A stretch of 64,000 nt of DNA. It comes from an uncultured Bacteroides sp. (GTDB lineage Bacteria; Bacteroidota; Bacteroidia; Bacteroidales; GCA-2748055). The position numbers and the translations under genes were made by a program. Of the stretch, positions 26,965 to 36,105 are shown piece after piece (the stretch's first letter is position 1; every line of letters starts with the position of its first letter). The stretch is from contig CAYXUD010000112.1 of assembly GCA_964467775.1 (NCBI GenBank), positions 334 through 64,333 on the forward strand. The letters run 5' to 3'. The notes below the pieces were generated by a model, which did no database searches, was not told the origin of the DNA, and saw only the letters and a list, made by a program, of their open reading frames with translations.

Positions 26965-28365
26965 TCAGATCTCCCCGCGCGAGCGCATGATCCGGAAAAA
27001 CTGCTGCTCGAACCCGTCCGAGGGCAGGGGGGCCGGTGAAAGCACAAGGTTCCCGTCCGGCCCTATCAGGTATGCCACAGGGAAGGCCCTGACCAGGTAA
27101 TCGGTGAGGATCCCGTCCTGCCCGCCGTACCAGAGGGCTTTCCACTGGTAACCGTTGCGTTCCATGAACTCATCCACCTGCTCCTTCTTATCCGCAACCA
27201 TGATGCTGACCACTTCCAGATAGGCTGAGTGTTTCATCTGGTAGGAGCTGAGGAACGGGTATTCCATCATACATCCATAGTGGTCAGGGGTACAGAAGAG
27301 AAGGTAGGTGTACTTCCCCTTGAAGTCACCGGGCGAGTAAACCTTCCCGTCCGCTCCTGCAAGGGAAAATCCGGGCGGGGGATGGCCGACGACAAGGCTG
27401 GAGAGCTTATCCCTCAGTTGCCGGGCATAGAGGGCATACCTGGGTGTGACCGGGTCCGATTCCATGGAATCGAGCAGGATCAGGATGGCCTCTTTGTGAA
27501 AATCGCCCCGGTAGAAAAGAATGGGCAGTTCCTGCAGAAGGATGAGATCAGCCAGGGTATCGTTCCATACCGCGGGGTGGCGGACAATGATACTCCTCAG
27601 GCTGTCCAGGTTGTGTGTGCGGTTGATGTGGTACCTGATCCCCCTGCCTTCGGGGGTGCGGTCGTAAAAAACAAGGAAATCGCGGAACATGGCGCCGAAG
27701 AGTTCGAGGAACGCCGGGTGGTCCTCCCTGACAGAGGGTCCCAGGTAATCCCTGCTGATCGATTCCAGTCCGGTCCTCCCGTTGTTCAGCACCAGGATGC
27801 CTGCCTTATACCTCCTGTAAGCATCAAACCAGGGGCAGGGGCCGCTCTTAAACCGGGAGGCCAGCCAACGGGTGATGGAATCCAGCGGGAGATCCCGGCC
27901 CGTTTTCCTGGCCAGGACCACCTGTTCATTCAGGGAGGAGAAGAGGGAATCAAAGCGGTAGATCTGGTTGTTCACCTCCATCGGGTCTCCTGAAACCTTG
28001 AGGGGAACCTTCAAGGGTTCGAAATAGGGGGAGAGGCGGTCGGAATAGGCCAGCTCCCGGTATTTGGGAAGAATCACCTCGTAATGCTTGCCGGGTTCCA
28101 CATAGAGGCCTGCATCGATGATCCCGGATCTGAGCCGGACCATCACCCCGGAGTCCGGTTCCAGTTCAATATGAAATGCCCCGCGGTCATCGCAGACAAC
28201 CGTTTCGGAGAATGACGGCCTTTCCATGAAGGGATGCCCGGCAATGGAAAACCGGATCGTTAACCCTTTGTAATCAGGATCGCTCCCGGTTATGGTTGCT
28301 GTCTGTGCTGATAAAACCTCCCATCCCAACAGCAGAATCAGGGCAGCTGTTCCGGTTTTGGGCAT
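26965..28365 (-). CDS. Secreted protein with a C-terminal thioredoxin-fold (TlpA/redoxin-like) domain and an atypical Cys motif
   Basis: Signal peptide. FKGKYTYLLFCTPDHYGC occupies the WCxxC position, and cis-Pro motif FPVAYLIGPDGNLV is typical of TlpA-like proteins. I do not recognise the N-terminal 330 aa. Confidence 0.55.
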   Translation of the reverse strand: MPKTGTAALILLLGWEVLSAQTATITGSDPDYKGLTIRFSIAGHPFMERPSFSETVVCDDRGAFHIELEPDSGVMVRLRSGIIDAGLYVEPGKHYEVILPKYRELAYSDRLSPYFEPLKVPLKVSGDPMEVNNQIYRFDSLFSSLNEQVVLARKTGRDLPLDSITRWLASRFKSGPCPWFDAYRRYKAGILVLNNGRTGLESISRDYLGPSVREDHPAFLELFGAMFRDFLVFYDRTPEGRGIRYHINRTHNLDSLRSIIVRHPAVWNDTLADLILLQELPILFYRGDFHKEAILILLDSMESDPVTPRYALYARQLRDKLSSLVVGHPPPGFSLAGADGKVYSPGDFKGKYTYLLFCTPDHYGCMMEYPFLSSYQMKHSAYLEVVSIMVADKKEQVDEFMERNGYQWKALWYGGQDGILTDYLVRAFPVAYLIGPDGNLVLSPAPLPSDGFEQQFFRIMRSRGEI

Positions 28366-28835
28366 CAGAGGTAATCCTTGATATTGATCCCGCTTGGAAT
28401 GAATTGCGAAGCATCACCGTTGTTCTGTATGATCTCCCTGATGATGGTGGAGTTGACGGGAGTGTGTTCAGGGGAGGTGAGCAGGAAGACCGACTCCACC
28501 GTCGGGAGCATCCGATGGTTGATCTGGGCAATGGCCCATTCGTATTCAAAGTCAGACGCTGTACGTATCCCCCTGATCATGTGTGTTGCATTTACTTTCC
28601 GGCAAAAATCCACCGTGAGTCCTTCAAAGGAATCAGCATGAACCTTTTCATATGCTTCAAACACCTTGTTCACCATCTTCACCCGGTTTTCGATCTTCAG
28701 TAGCGGCTGCTTGGTCGAATGGACACCGATGGCCACAATGATCGTATCGAACAGGTCCATCGCCCTCAGGACAATGTTCTCATGCCCCACTGTGAAGGGA
28801 TCGAAGGAACCGGGGAAGACTGCAATTTTATGCAT
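28365..28835 (-). CDS. coaD: Phosphopantetheine adenylyltransferase
   Basis: MHKIAVFPGSFDPFTVGHENIV (T/HxGH motif), RGIRTASDFEYE and NSTIIREI. The ATG at 28835 is preferred because the longer ORF overlaps the upstream permease gene. Confidence 0.9.
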   Translation of the reverse strand: MHKIAVFPGSFDPFTVGHENIVLRAMDLFDTIIVAIGVHSTKQPLLKIENRVKMVNKVFEAYEKVHADSFEGLTVDFCRKVNATHMIRGIRTASDFEYEWAIAQINHRMLPTVESVFLLTSPEHTPVNSTIIREIIQNNGDASQFIPSGINIKDYL

Positions 28836-28860
28836 GGGATTTTCTTTCAAAGGTAGTGTT

Positions 28861-31089
28861 TTACTTGATTTCTTTCTTCTTGTTGGCACTGACGAAAAGC
28901 ACATTCCCCAGCTTGTCATACCCGGTAAAGAGCCTGTATCCTTCTGTCTTCAGCTGTTCATGCCTGAATCCGATAACGGTCAGGTCTGCATCCATGGAGG
29001 TCTCCCCGATCAGGTCCCTGGTCTCTTTATCCCCCGCAGCACTGATCAGGCTGATGTTGCCCAGCGAGATCGGCAGCCGGCCCTCCCTGATCAGCTCCTT
29101 CAGCTCCTCTTCCTTCCGGTCAGCCTCTTCAGGCTGGTAAATGGCAAAGATCTTGATGATCCCGTTTTTCCATTCAGGGTGGCCCAGGATGATATAGCCA
29201 AGAAGAATCATCAGGTTGGCATTATCGTAATCCAGCGACGTGATCCAGATGTCGATCTGCTTCTTGTACCCGAAACCCTTGTAGGAGGTGTTCAGGACAC
29301 ACAGGTCGAACCCGGTGGCGTAAAGAATGTCGTGGGTGTTCAGCGCCTCCTCGAGCGATTTGGGATTGCCCTGGGAGAATTCGAAAAGGATCATGTTGTT
29401 CCCTTTCCCCGAAATGCCTGATAACTGGATCACCTGTGCAATGGCCGAGGTGTAGGAAGGACTGATGATGGTGTCCAGGTAGACCCGGTTCTTGCTGCCG
29501 GCCGCCAGGTGGATCAGCTTATTCAGCACCTCCCTCGATTCCCTGTTGGTCTTCTCGGTCAGGAATCCCTTGATGTAGTGGATATAGGTTCCGAATCCGT
29601 ATTTCAGGGAGATCCACCTCAGCATATCAAAGGCGCTCCGGCGCATGAAGGTATCCTGGGAAACACAGATGGTGAAGGGCCGCCAGTGTTCATCCAGGTC
29701 CTCCTTGTCGGCCCTCTGGGCAAGGATCTGCAGCTGCCGGCTCAGCTGGAAGACAACCCCCCGGAAGAGGTTGACCAGTCCCTTCTCTTTTTGTTTATAC
29801 TCTGAGACCATGATGTAGATCGCCCCCATGATGACCAGGGACAGAAGCGCATAGGGGGCATTCATTTTGAACATGAGCCAGAAAGAGGTTACAGCGCCAA
29901 TCAGGGAAAGGTACCACCTGGACCTGAAGGTGGGCCGGTAGGAGGGGTCTGCAGCAAAGTGCTCCAGCAGGGAGATCAGGCAAATCACTCCATAGGTCAC
30001 CATGAAGAACATGGAGATGATCTTGGCTACAAAGTCGATGTCCCCGAAGGCCACGAAGACAAAACCGATGATGATGCTGACCAGTCCCGCATTGGTGGGC
30101 TCGTTGTCCTTCTCCTTGCCCTTTGAAAGCCATTTGTTCAGGGGGGTGCCCGGGAATACCTCGTCAAAACCCATGGCCTGAAGCGTCCTTGGGGCCACCA
30201 TGATGGAACCAAGGGCCGAGGAGAGGGAGGCAGCGGCCAGGCCGATCAGGATGATCGGACCCCAAAGGGCGATCTTTTCCATGATCAGCTGGTCAGAAGC
30301 AAGTTCCTCGGGTGAGGCGCTGGTGGCCAGTTTGTAGGTTACCAGGAGATATATCACGAAACCTCCTATGGTGGCCCAGAGGGTTCCCCTCGGAATGGAC
30401 CTGCTGGGATTGCGCAGGTCCCCTGACAGGCCCAGTCCTGCCACCAGTCCCGTAAATGCAGGGAAGATAATGGTAAAGACATAGAAAAAGCTGTCGGGAT
30501 TCTGGATCTGGGCATTCAGGACAAACGGTTGATCCGGTGTGGTCGGTTTCCCCAGAAAGAAAAATAACAGTGATGTAAAGAGCAGGGCAACAACGATGTA
30601 AAGGGCCTTCATCCCCATCTTTGCCCCGCGGGCAAGGATGATCACCGACAGGATACTCATGCTGGCCAGGCCGATCCACCGCTTATCGATCAACGGTGTA
30701 TGGATCTCATAATGCAGGAACCGGATCAGCGGATCAAAGGCTTCCGAAAAGGCGATCACATAGAATGCAACGCTGATGGCCTGGCTCAGGTAGAGCGCAA
30801 TACCGATGGCTGCCCCGATATTCAGTCCGAATGACCGGCTGATGATGTAGTAGGCGCCACCGCCCTGGACCTTCTGGTTGGTGGCGATCTCCGCCACGGC
30901 CATGGCCGTGGGAATGGTCACCATATGGCCCAGGAAGATGATTCCCAGGACACCCAGAAAACCCAGGTGTCCGACCGCATAGCCAAAGCGCAGGAACAGG
31001 ATCGCACCCAGAATGGTGGAGATGGCCGTCATGAAGACCGGAAGGGTGCCGAACTTGGCCGTGGTTCTGTGCGGATGGAAGTTTGCCAT
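28861..31089 (-). CDS. APC-superfamily permease, cation-chloride-cotransporter (SLC12)-like, with a large cytoplasmic C-terminal domain
   Basis: About 12 TM helices with amino-acid-permease motifs (GAILFLRFGYAVG, GGGAYYIISRSFG), followed by about 270 aa of soluble C terminus. ATG at 31089; the ORF track starts at the GTG at 31098. Confidence 0.6.
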   Translation of the reverse strand: MANFHPHRTTAKFGTLPVFMTAISTILGAILFLRFGYAVGHLGFLGVLGIIFLGHMVTIPTAMAVAEIATNQKVQGGGAYYIISRSFGLNIGAAIGIALYLSQAISVAFYVIAFSEAFDPLIRFLHYEIHTPLIDKRWIGLASMSILSVIILARGAKMGMKALYIVVALLFTSLLFFFLGKPTTPDQPFVLNAQIQNPDSFFYVFTIIFPAFTGLVAGLGLSGDLRNPSRSIPRGTLWATIGGFVIYLLVTYKLATSASPEELASDQLIMEKIALWGPIILIGLAAASLSSALGSIMVAPRTLQAMGFDEVFPGTPLNKWLSKGKEKDNEPTNAGLVSIIIGFVFVAFGDIDFVAKIISMFFMVTYGVICLISLLEHFAADPSYRPTFRSRWYLSLIGAVTSFWLMFKMNAPYALLSLVIMGAIYIMVSEYKQKEKGLVNLFRGVVFQLSRQLQILAQRADKEDLDEHWRPFTICVSQDTFMRRSAFDMLRWISLKYGFGTYIHYIKGFLTEKTNRESREVLNKLIHLAAGSKNRVYLDTIISPSYTSAIAQVIQLSGISGKGNNMILFEFSQGNPKSLEEALNTHDILYATGFDLCVLNTSYKGFGYKKQIDIWITSLDYDNANLMILLGYIILGHPEWKNGIIKIFAIYQPEEADRKEEELKELIREGRLPISLGNISLISAAGDKETRDLIGETSMDADLTVIGFRHEQLKTEGYRLFTGYDKLGNVLFVSANKKKEIK

Positions 31090-31188
31090 GCCTTTCACAT
31101 CATAAAAACATTGAAGATTACAAAAAAAATGTGAAAATCATAGAATTTTATAACTTGCCCCCGGAAGAACTGCCAGCCCTCTTAAGCC

Positions 31189-31941
31189 GTGGAAAACCTC
31201 CTGAAGATCCTGATCGTTGATGATGAACCCGAAGCCAGGGAACTGCTGAAATTCATGCTTCAGGAAGAAGAGGGGCTGAGCGTGGTGGGACTTGCCGGGA
31301 ATGTGGACGAGGCTGTTCAGCAGATGAAAAATGAGCGCCCTGACCTTGTTCTGCTGGATATACAGATGCCGGACAAGGATGGATTCCATTTCATCGAGAT
31401 GGTGAACCACAGCGGCATGGAGCCCGGGATCATTTTCGTAACCGCATATGACAACTATGCCATTCAGGCGATCAGGAATTCTGTTTTCGATTATATCCTG
31501 AAACCCATTCACCGCGAGGAGCTTCATGATGCCGTTGAACGTTTCAGAAGAGAGGGCATCAGGGGAAGGGAGAGGGATCTCCTGAGCCTTATGGAAGGTC
31601 TGAGGGGTTCTGCGGCCGGCAAGGTAAAGCTGAATACCAGGTCAGGTTACATCCTGATCTACCCGCCGGAAGTGGTTTACTGCAAAGCAGATGGCAACTA
31701 CACCCATATTCAGCTGGTAAACGGGACCTGTGAAGTCACCACCCAGAACCTTGGTAGCATCGAGGAGTTACTGAAAACCGGGACCTTTTTCAGGGCCAGC
31801 AGGTCCTACCTGGTCAACCTGAAATACCTGGCACGGGTGGACCGGAAGAGCTGCCTTTGCGTCCTCGAGTACACGGGGACCTCCTGTTCCATCAAGATCC
31901 CTGCCCAGAAGATCAGGCTGCTTGAATCCAGCTTCAGCTGA
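31189..31941 (+). CDS. LytR/AlgR-family response regulator (REC + LytTR DNA-binding domain); no adjacent histidine kinase
   Basis: ILIVDDEPEARELL...DLVLLDIQMPDKDGF receiver motifs. C-terminal LytTR-like region (IYPPEVVYCKADGNYTHIQL...FFRASRSYLVNLKYL). GTG start. Confidence 0.85.
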   Translation: MENLLKILIVDDEPEARELLKFMLQEEEGLSVVGLAGNVDEAVQQMKNERPDLVLLDIQMPDKDGFHFIEMVNHSGMEPGIIFVTAYDNYAIQAIRNSVFDYILKPIHREELHDAVERFRREGIRGRERDLLSLMEGLRGSAAGKVKLNTRSGYILIYPPEVVYCKADGNYTHIQLVNGTCEVTTQNLGSIEELLKTGTFFRASRSYLVNLKYLARVDRKSCLCVLEYTGTSCSIKIPAQKIRLLESSFS

Positions 31942-32088
31942 GAAAGCTTCATCCGCCAGAATACCGCGTTCACAAGCCAGGACCCTGCATTCATACAATA
32001 AGTCGCTTTTCTCTTTACTTTGGTGGTCTGGCGCCATAAATTAGCCTCATCCAAAGCCCCTTGGTTTAACCTGAAAAAAGAGCGGATC

Positions 32089-32259
32089 ATGATTGAAGTA
32101 TTCAACCTGGAAGGCATGCCTGTGTACAAATACCGTGCTCAGGAAGAAGATTCATTTAGCGTATCCCAACTGGAGGGCAAGGGACTCCCCTGCGGGATCT
32201 ACTTTGTAAGGATTAAAAGGGCCCACGGAGTTGAGACAGCCAAGTTGCTGATCTGCTAG
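32089..32259 (+). pseudogene. Stand-alone T9SS C-terminal-domain-like mini-ORF (56 aa), probably the remnant of a longer secreted-protein gene
   Basis: [56 protein letters not shown] fits the T9SS CTD pattern (vyd..G..v.....l..l..GiYfv.i......t.Kl). Only about 150 nt separate it from the upstream gene, and its stop overlaps the lon stop. Confidence 0.35.
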
Positions 32260-34697
32260 GCAATAACCATCGGCTTCTCCACTTTCTCCTTCAGGAGGGC
32301 AAATTCCATCAGCTCGGAAATATCGTTGACATACTGGAATTTAAGGCATTTGCGGTAGATCTCATTGATCTCCTCCACATCTTTCCGGTTTTCCGCTGAC
32401 ATGGCAATGTCTGTGATGCCTGCCCGTTTTGCGGCCAGGATCTTCTCTTTGATCCCTCCCACGGGGAGGATTTTGCCGCGCAGGGTGATCTCACCCGTCA
32501 TGGCCATGTGATCCCTCACCCTCCGCTGCGTAAAGGCTGAGGCTATGGAGGTCATCATGGCCACTCCTGCAGAAGGCCCGTCTTTAGGGATGGCTCCTTC
32601 AGGTACGTGGACATGGACATTGTACTTTTTGAACAGTTCCGGTCCAAGGGAGAGGTTGTGGGCATGCGACTTCAGGTATTCCAGAGCCAGTACAGCCGAT
32701 TCCTTCATCACGTCCCCCAGGTTCCCGGTCAGGGTAAGCTTGCCATCACCCTGGCTCAGCGAGGTTTCCACATAGAGGATCTCCCCGCCGGTGGCGGTCC
32801 ATGCCAGTCCCGTTACCACTCCGGCCTGCCTGTTCCCGCCATATTTGTCCCTGATGAACCGGGGAGGCCCCAGGATCTCCTGCACCCTTTCCCTGGTGAT
32901 TGTCCTGTCGAAGGTGTCATGGAAGGCAATTTGCTTGGCAACCACCCTTACCAGTTTTGCGATCTGCTTGTCCAGTTGCCTGACACCCGACTCACGAGTA
33001 TGGCTTTCAATGATGTACTCAAGAGTCTTCCGGGGAAGGAAGAAATGCTTTCGTTCCACGCCATGGTTTTCCAGCTGCTTGGGGATCAGGTGCCTTTTGG
33101 CGATCTGGATCTTCTCCTCCACGATATAGCCGGAAAGGTCGATCACCTCCATCCTGTCCAGCAGGGCAGGATTGATCGTGGCAGTGGTGTTGGCCGTAGC
33201 GATGAACATGACCCGGGAAAGATCATAATCGAGTTCCAGGAAATTATCATGGAAATGGCTGTTCTGCTCGGGATCCAGTACTTCCAGAAGGGCAGAGGCC
33301 GGATTGCCATGGGCGTCCCTGCCCACCTTATCGATCTCGTCAAGGACAAAAACCGGGTTGGATGATCTGCTTTTCTTGAGGTTCTGGATGATCCGGCCGG
33401 GCATCGCCCCGATATAGGTCTTCCGGTGCCCCCTGATCTCTGCTTCGTCATGCAGGCCTCCCAGTGACATTCTGACATATTTCCGGTTCAGTGCGTCGGC
33501 AATGGATTTACCCAGCGATGTCTTGCCTACCCCTGGCGGGCCAACCAGGCAAAGTATGGGTGATTTCAGGTCGCCTTTCAGTTTCAGGACCGCCAGGTGT
33601 TCAAGGATACGGTCCTTGACCTTCTCAAGTCCGAAATGGTCCTTCTCGAGGATCCTGCTGGCCCGCTTCAGGTTAAAGTTGTCCCTGGTGCAATCGTTCC
33701 AGGGGAGTTCAATGAGTGTCTGGATGTAGTTCACCTGCACGGAATATTCACCCGTTGCAGGATTGAGCCTCAGAAGCTTATCCAGCTCCTTTTCGAAGGC
33801 TGCAGCCACCTCCTTATCCCATTTCTTCTTTCTCCCTTTTTCCCTGTACTCCTTCACCTCCTGGTCCTGGGGAGATCCCCCGAGTTCATCCTGTATGGTC
33901 TTCATCTGCTGGTGCAGCAGGAATTCCCTCTGTTGCTGGTCCAGGTCACTTTTGACTTTGGTCTGGATGTCGTTTTTCAGCTCCAGCATCTGGGACTCCC
34001 TGGAGAGATGCTCCAGCAGGGTAAAACCCCGTTTCGAAACACTGTTGTTCTCGAGCAGTGTTTGCTTCTCCTTCAAAGAAAGCTCACTGTTGGAGGCCAG
34101 GAAATTGATCAGGAACGAAGGGCTTTCAATGTTCTTGACCGCAAAGGTGGCCTCAGTAGGGATATTGGATGAAAGCCGGATGATCTTTATGGCCAGATCC
34201 TTGAGTGCGGCCGCCACAGCCTTTGATTCAGCAGCCTCCTCTTCTGCATCCTCAATGGGCGTGATCCTGGCCACATGGTAAGGCTTATCGGTCAGCAGGT
34301 CATCAATCCTGAATCGCTTGCGCCCCTGTATGATCACGGAAGTGGTACCGTCGGGCATCTCCAGGATCTTCAGGATCTGCGCGACCGTTCCAACTGTATA
34401 CAGATCCTCAAATTCAGGTTCATCAATGGAGCTGTCCCGCTGGGCCACTGCGCCCAGGATCTTATTCTTCCTGTATACATCCTGGACCAGCCGCAGCGAT
34501 TTTTCCCTTCCCACGGTGATCGGGATGACTACCCCGGGGAAGAGGACCGTGTTCCTGAGGGGAAGAACGGGCAGTACATCCGGGATGTTCATTTTTCTCA
34601 GGTCCTCCTCCTCCTCCTCAGACAGCAAGGGAATATATTCTGTCTCCTCGTCAATGGGGAGCATCAACTGGTTCAAACTGTTAATAAAGCCTTGCAT
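32256..34697 (-). CDS. lon: ATP-dependent Lon protease (endopeptidase La)
   Basis: Walker [16 protein letters not shown], the proteolytic site PKDGPSAG and an N-terminal LON substrate-binding domain. Confidence 0.95.
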   Translation of the reverse strand: MQGFINSLNQLMLPIDEETEYIPLLSEEEEEDLRKMNIPDVLPVLPLRNTVLFPGVVIPITVGREKSLRLVQDVYRKNKILGAVAQRDSSIDEPEFEDLYTVGTVAQILKILEMPDGTTSVIIQGRKRFRIDDLLTDKPYHVARITPIEDAEEEAAESKAVAAALKDLAIKIIRLSSNIPTEATFAVKNIESPSFLINFLASNSELSLKEKQTLLENNSVSKRGFTLLEHLSRESQMLELKNDIQTKVKSDLDQQQREFLLHQQMKTIQDELGGSPQDQEVKEYREKGRKKKWDKEVAAAFEKELDKLLRLNPATGEYSVQVNYIQTLIELPWNDCTRDNFNLKRASRILEKDHFGLEKVKDRILEHLAVLKLKGDLKSPILCLVGPPGVGKTSLGKSIADALNRKYVRMSLGGLHDEAEIRGHRKTYIGAMPGRIIQNLKKSRSSNPVFVLDEIDKVGRDAHGNPASALLEVLDPEQNSHFHDNFLELDYDLSRVMFIATANTTATINPALLDRMEVIDLSGYIVEEKIQIAKRHLIPKQLENHGVERKHFFLPRKTLEYIIESHTRESGVRQLDKQIAKLVRVVAKQIAFHDTFDRTITRERVQEILGPPRFIRDKYGGNRQAGVVTGLAWTATGGEILYVETSLSQGDGKLTLTGNLGDVMKESAVLALEYLKSHAHNLSLGPELFKKYNVHVHVPEGAIPKDGPSAGVAMMTSIASAFTQRRVRDHMAMTGEITLRGKILPVGGIKEKILAAKRAGITDIAMSAENRKDVEEINEIYRKCLKFQYVNDISELMEFALLKEKVEKPMVIA

Positions 34698-34901
34698 TTC
34701 CTGTACTTCTCCTTGGTTCCGTCAATCTGTCAGTCCGTGTGTAACCGGACCGGTCACTCCTTTAAGTCAATAAGTGTGCCAAGAATGATCATCAAATATA
34801 GTGAATGGTTGCCTCCATTGGCAATTTTTCTTGCAGCAGGCCGGAGGACCGGTTCACCGCCCTGAAGGCTGTGTCTGAAGTGCGCAAATGTTGACCGGCT
34901 A

Positions 34902-34927
34902 CTGTGATTAAATTAACAATAATTTTG
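34902..34927 (+). promoter_or_regulatory. Candidate Rex operator (34902-34919) abutting a TAnnTTTG -7-like promoter element (34920-34927) upstream of rex
   Basis: CTGTGAT-TAAA-TTAACAA compared with the Rex consensus TTGTGAA-N4-TTCACAA (11 of 14 half-site positions). TAATTTTG follows immediately, 35 nt before the rex ATG. Confidence 0.4.
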
Positions 34928-34962
34928 TACTATTGTATTCATAACACCAATCCGGCCCGAAA

Positions 34963-35583
34963 ATGCTTCCTGAAAGAACCGTTGAAAGACTCAGTGAATA
35001 CCGGCGATCCCTCCTGCAATGTCTTGAGGCCGGGAAAACACATATCTATTCACACGAACTTGCGCAGCTTCACCACAATACTGCTGTCCAGGTGAGACGT
35101 GACATCATGTTTATCGGATATACCAGCATACAGCGAAAAGGTTATGACGTCCGGGAGCTGATCCATGTGATCGGGGAGGTCCTCGATTCTGAAAAGGGCC
35201 TCAACGTTGCGGTCATCGGTTTGGGCAACCTGGGGAGGGCCATCACCACATATTTCCTGGGCAAACGGTCAAAACTGAATATCATCGCCACCTTTGACGT
35301 GGATCCAAATAAGACCGACCGGGTCATTGCCGGGGTCAAATGTTACCACCTCGACCGGCTGAAGGAGGTGGTAAGATCACAAAATATATCCATTGCCATC
35401 ATGACTGTTCCTGCCGATTCTGCCGGTGAAGTTACTGAGCGGCTTGTAAAAGCAGGGATCAAGGGAATCCTGAATTTTACGACCGTTCCTGTCAACGTAG
35501 GCAATGATGTATACCTGGATGAGTACGATATGATCACATCCCTGGAGAAGGTGGCCTATTTCGTGAAAAAAGCCGCCCGTTAA
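34963..35583 (+). CDS. rex: Redox-sensing transcriptional repressor Rex
   Basis: Winged-helix N terminus (VERLSEYRRSL...SHELAQLHHNTAVQVRRDIMFIGY). Rossmann motif VAVIGLGNLGRAI. GIKGILNFT. Confidence 0.9.
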   Translation: MLPERTVERLSEYRRSLLQCLEAGKTHIYSHELAQLHHNTAVQVRRDIMFIGYTSIQRKGYDVRELIHVIGEVLDSEKGLNVAVIGLGNLGRAITTYFLGKRSKLNIIATFDVDPNKTDRVIAGVKCYHLDRLKEVVRSQNISIAIMTVPADSAGEVTERLVKAGIKGILNFTTVPVNVGNDVYLDEYDMITSLEKVAYFVKKAAR

Positions 35584-35616
35584 CACAGGGTTGCATTTTA
35601 CTAGTGACCAACCACC

Positions 35617-35859
35617 ATGGAAAAGAGAATAGGGGCAGTGATCATTGTGATCTCAGAGGAGGCGGATATCGGACGCATCAACAGCATTATCTCAGACCAC
35701 TCGGAAATGATCCTGGGAAGACAGGGGATCCCGCTGAGGGACCGTTCCATCAATGTGATCTCGCTGGTCCTTGAAGGGAATACGGACCATATGGGATCCC
35801 TGGCCGGCGCACTCGGCAGATTACCGGGCGTCAAGGTGAAATCGGTTCTCGCCGGCTAA
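35617..35859 (+). CDS. TM1266-like small ACT/NikR-C-like protein (family annotated as putative iron-only hydrogenase system regulator)
   Basis: The 80-aa sequence MEKRIGAVIIVISEEADIGRINSIISDHSEMILGRQGIPLRDRSINVISLVLEGNTDHMGSLAGALGRLPGVKVKSV follows my recollection of the TM1266/TIGR03959 pattern in length and motif order. Confidence 0.55.
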   Translation: MEKRIGAVIIVISEEADIGRINSIISDHSEMILGRQGIPLRDRSINVISLVLEGNTDHMGSLAGALGRLPGVKVKSVLAG

Positions 35860-35956
35860 ATGTTAAAAAATCACTTTTTAATTGTTAAATAGCCTTCCAG
35901 GCAGAACATGATTGGCTTTTTCTGGTTAATATAGCGTAAAGTAATTGTTGGGGTGC

Positions 35957-36017
35957 AAGGCAAGTTGCGAATCTTTTGAGGGTTTTAGGGAGAGTAGCAA
36001 CTTGCCTTATTTTTTTC
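35957..36017 (+). terminator. Terminator-like structure: 12-bp perfect stem, 28-nt loop, T7 tract
   Basis: AAGGCAAGTTGC (35957-35968) pairs with GCAACTTGCCTT (35997-36008), followed by ATTTTTTT. Confidence 0.5.
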
Positions 36018-36105
36018 CTTCTCCCCCCCGTCCGGCCTTATGTTCTAGGGCAGTCCGATTCCTGCAGGCACAACACCCAGTCTTCTTAACTTAGGATCAG
36101 CTAAA

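Noticed and set aside
27229-29421. + strand ORFs of 254 aa (27229-27993) and 251 aa (28666-29421)
   Set aside because: They are antisense to the TlpA-like, coaD and SLC12-like genes. They have no motifs, and their composition is typical of antisense frames.
32545-34865. Several + strand ORFs of 75-252 aa inside lon
   Set aside because: All are antisense to an unambiguous Lon protease gene. None has motifs or plausible start contexts.
35957-36017. A tRNA-like fragment (AGTTGCGAATC resembles a T-arm)
   Set aside because: No acceptor stem, D-arm or anticodon arm can be drawn. The sequence forms a simple 12-bp hairpin followed by a T tract.
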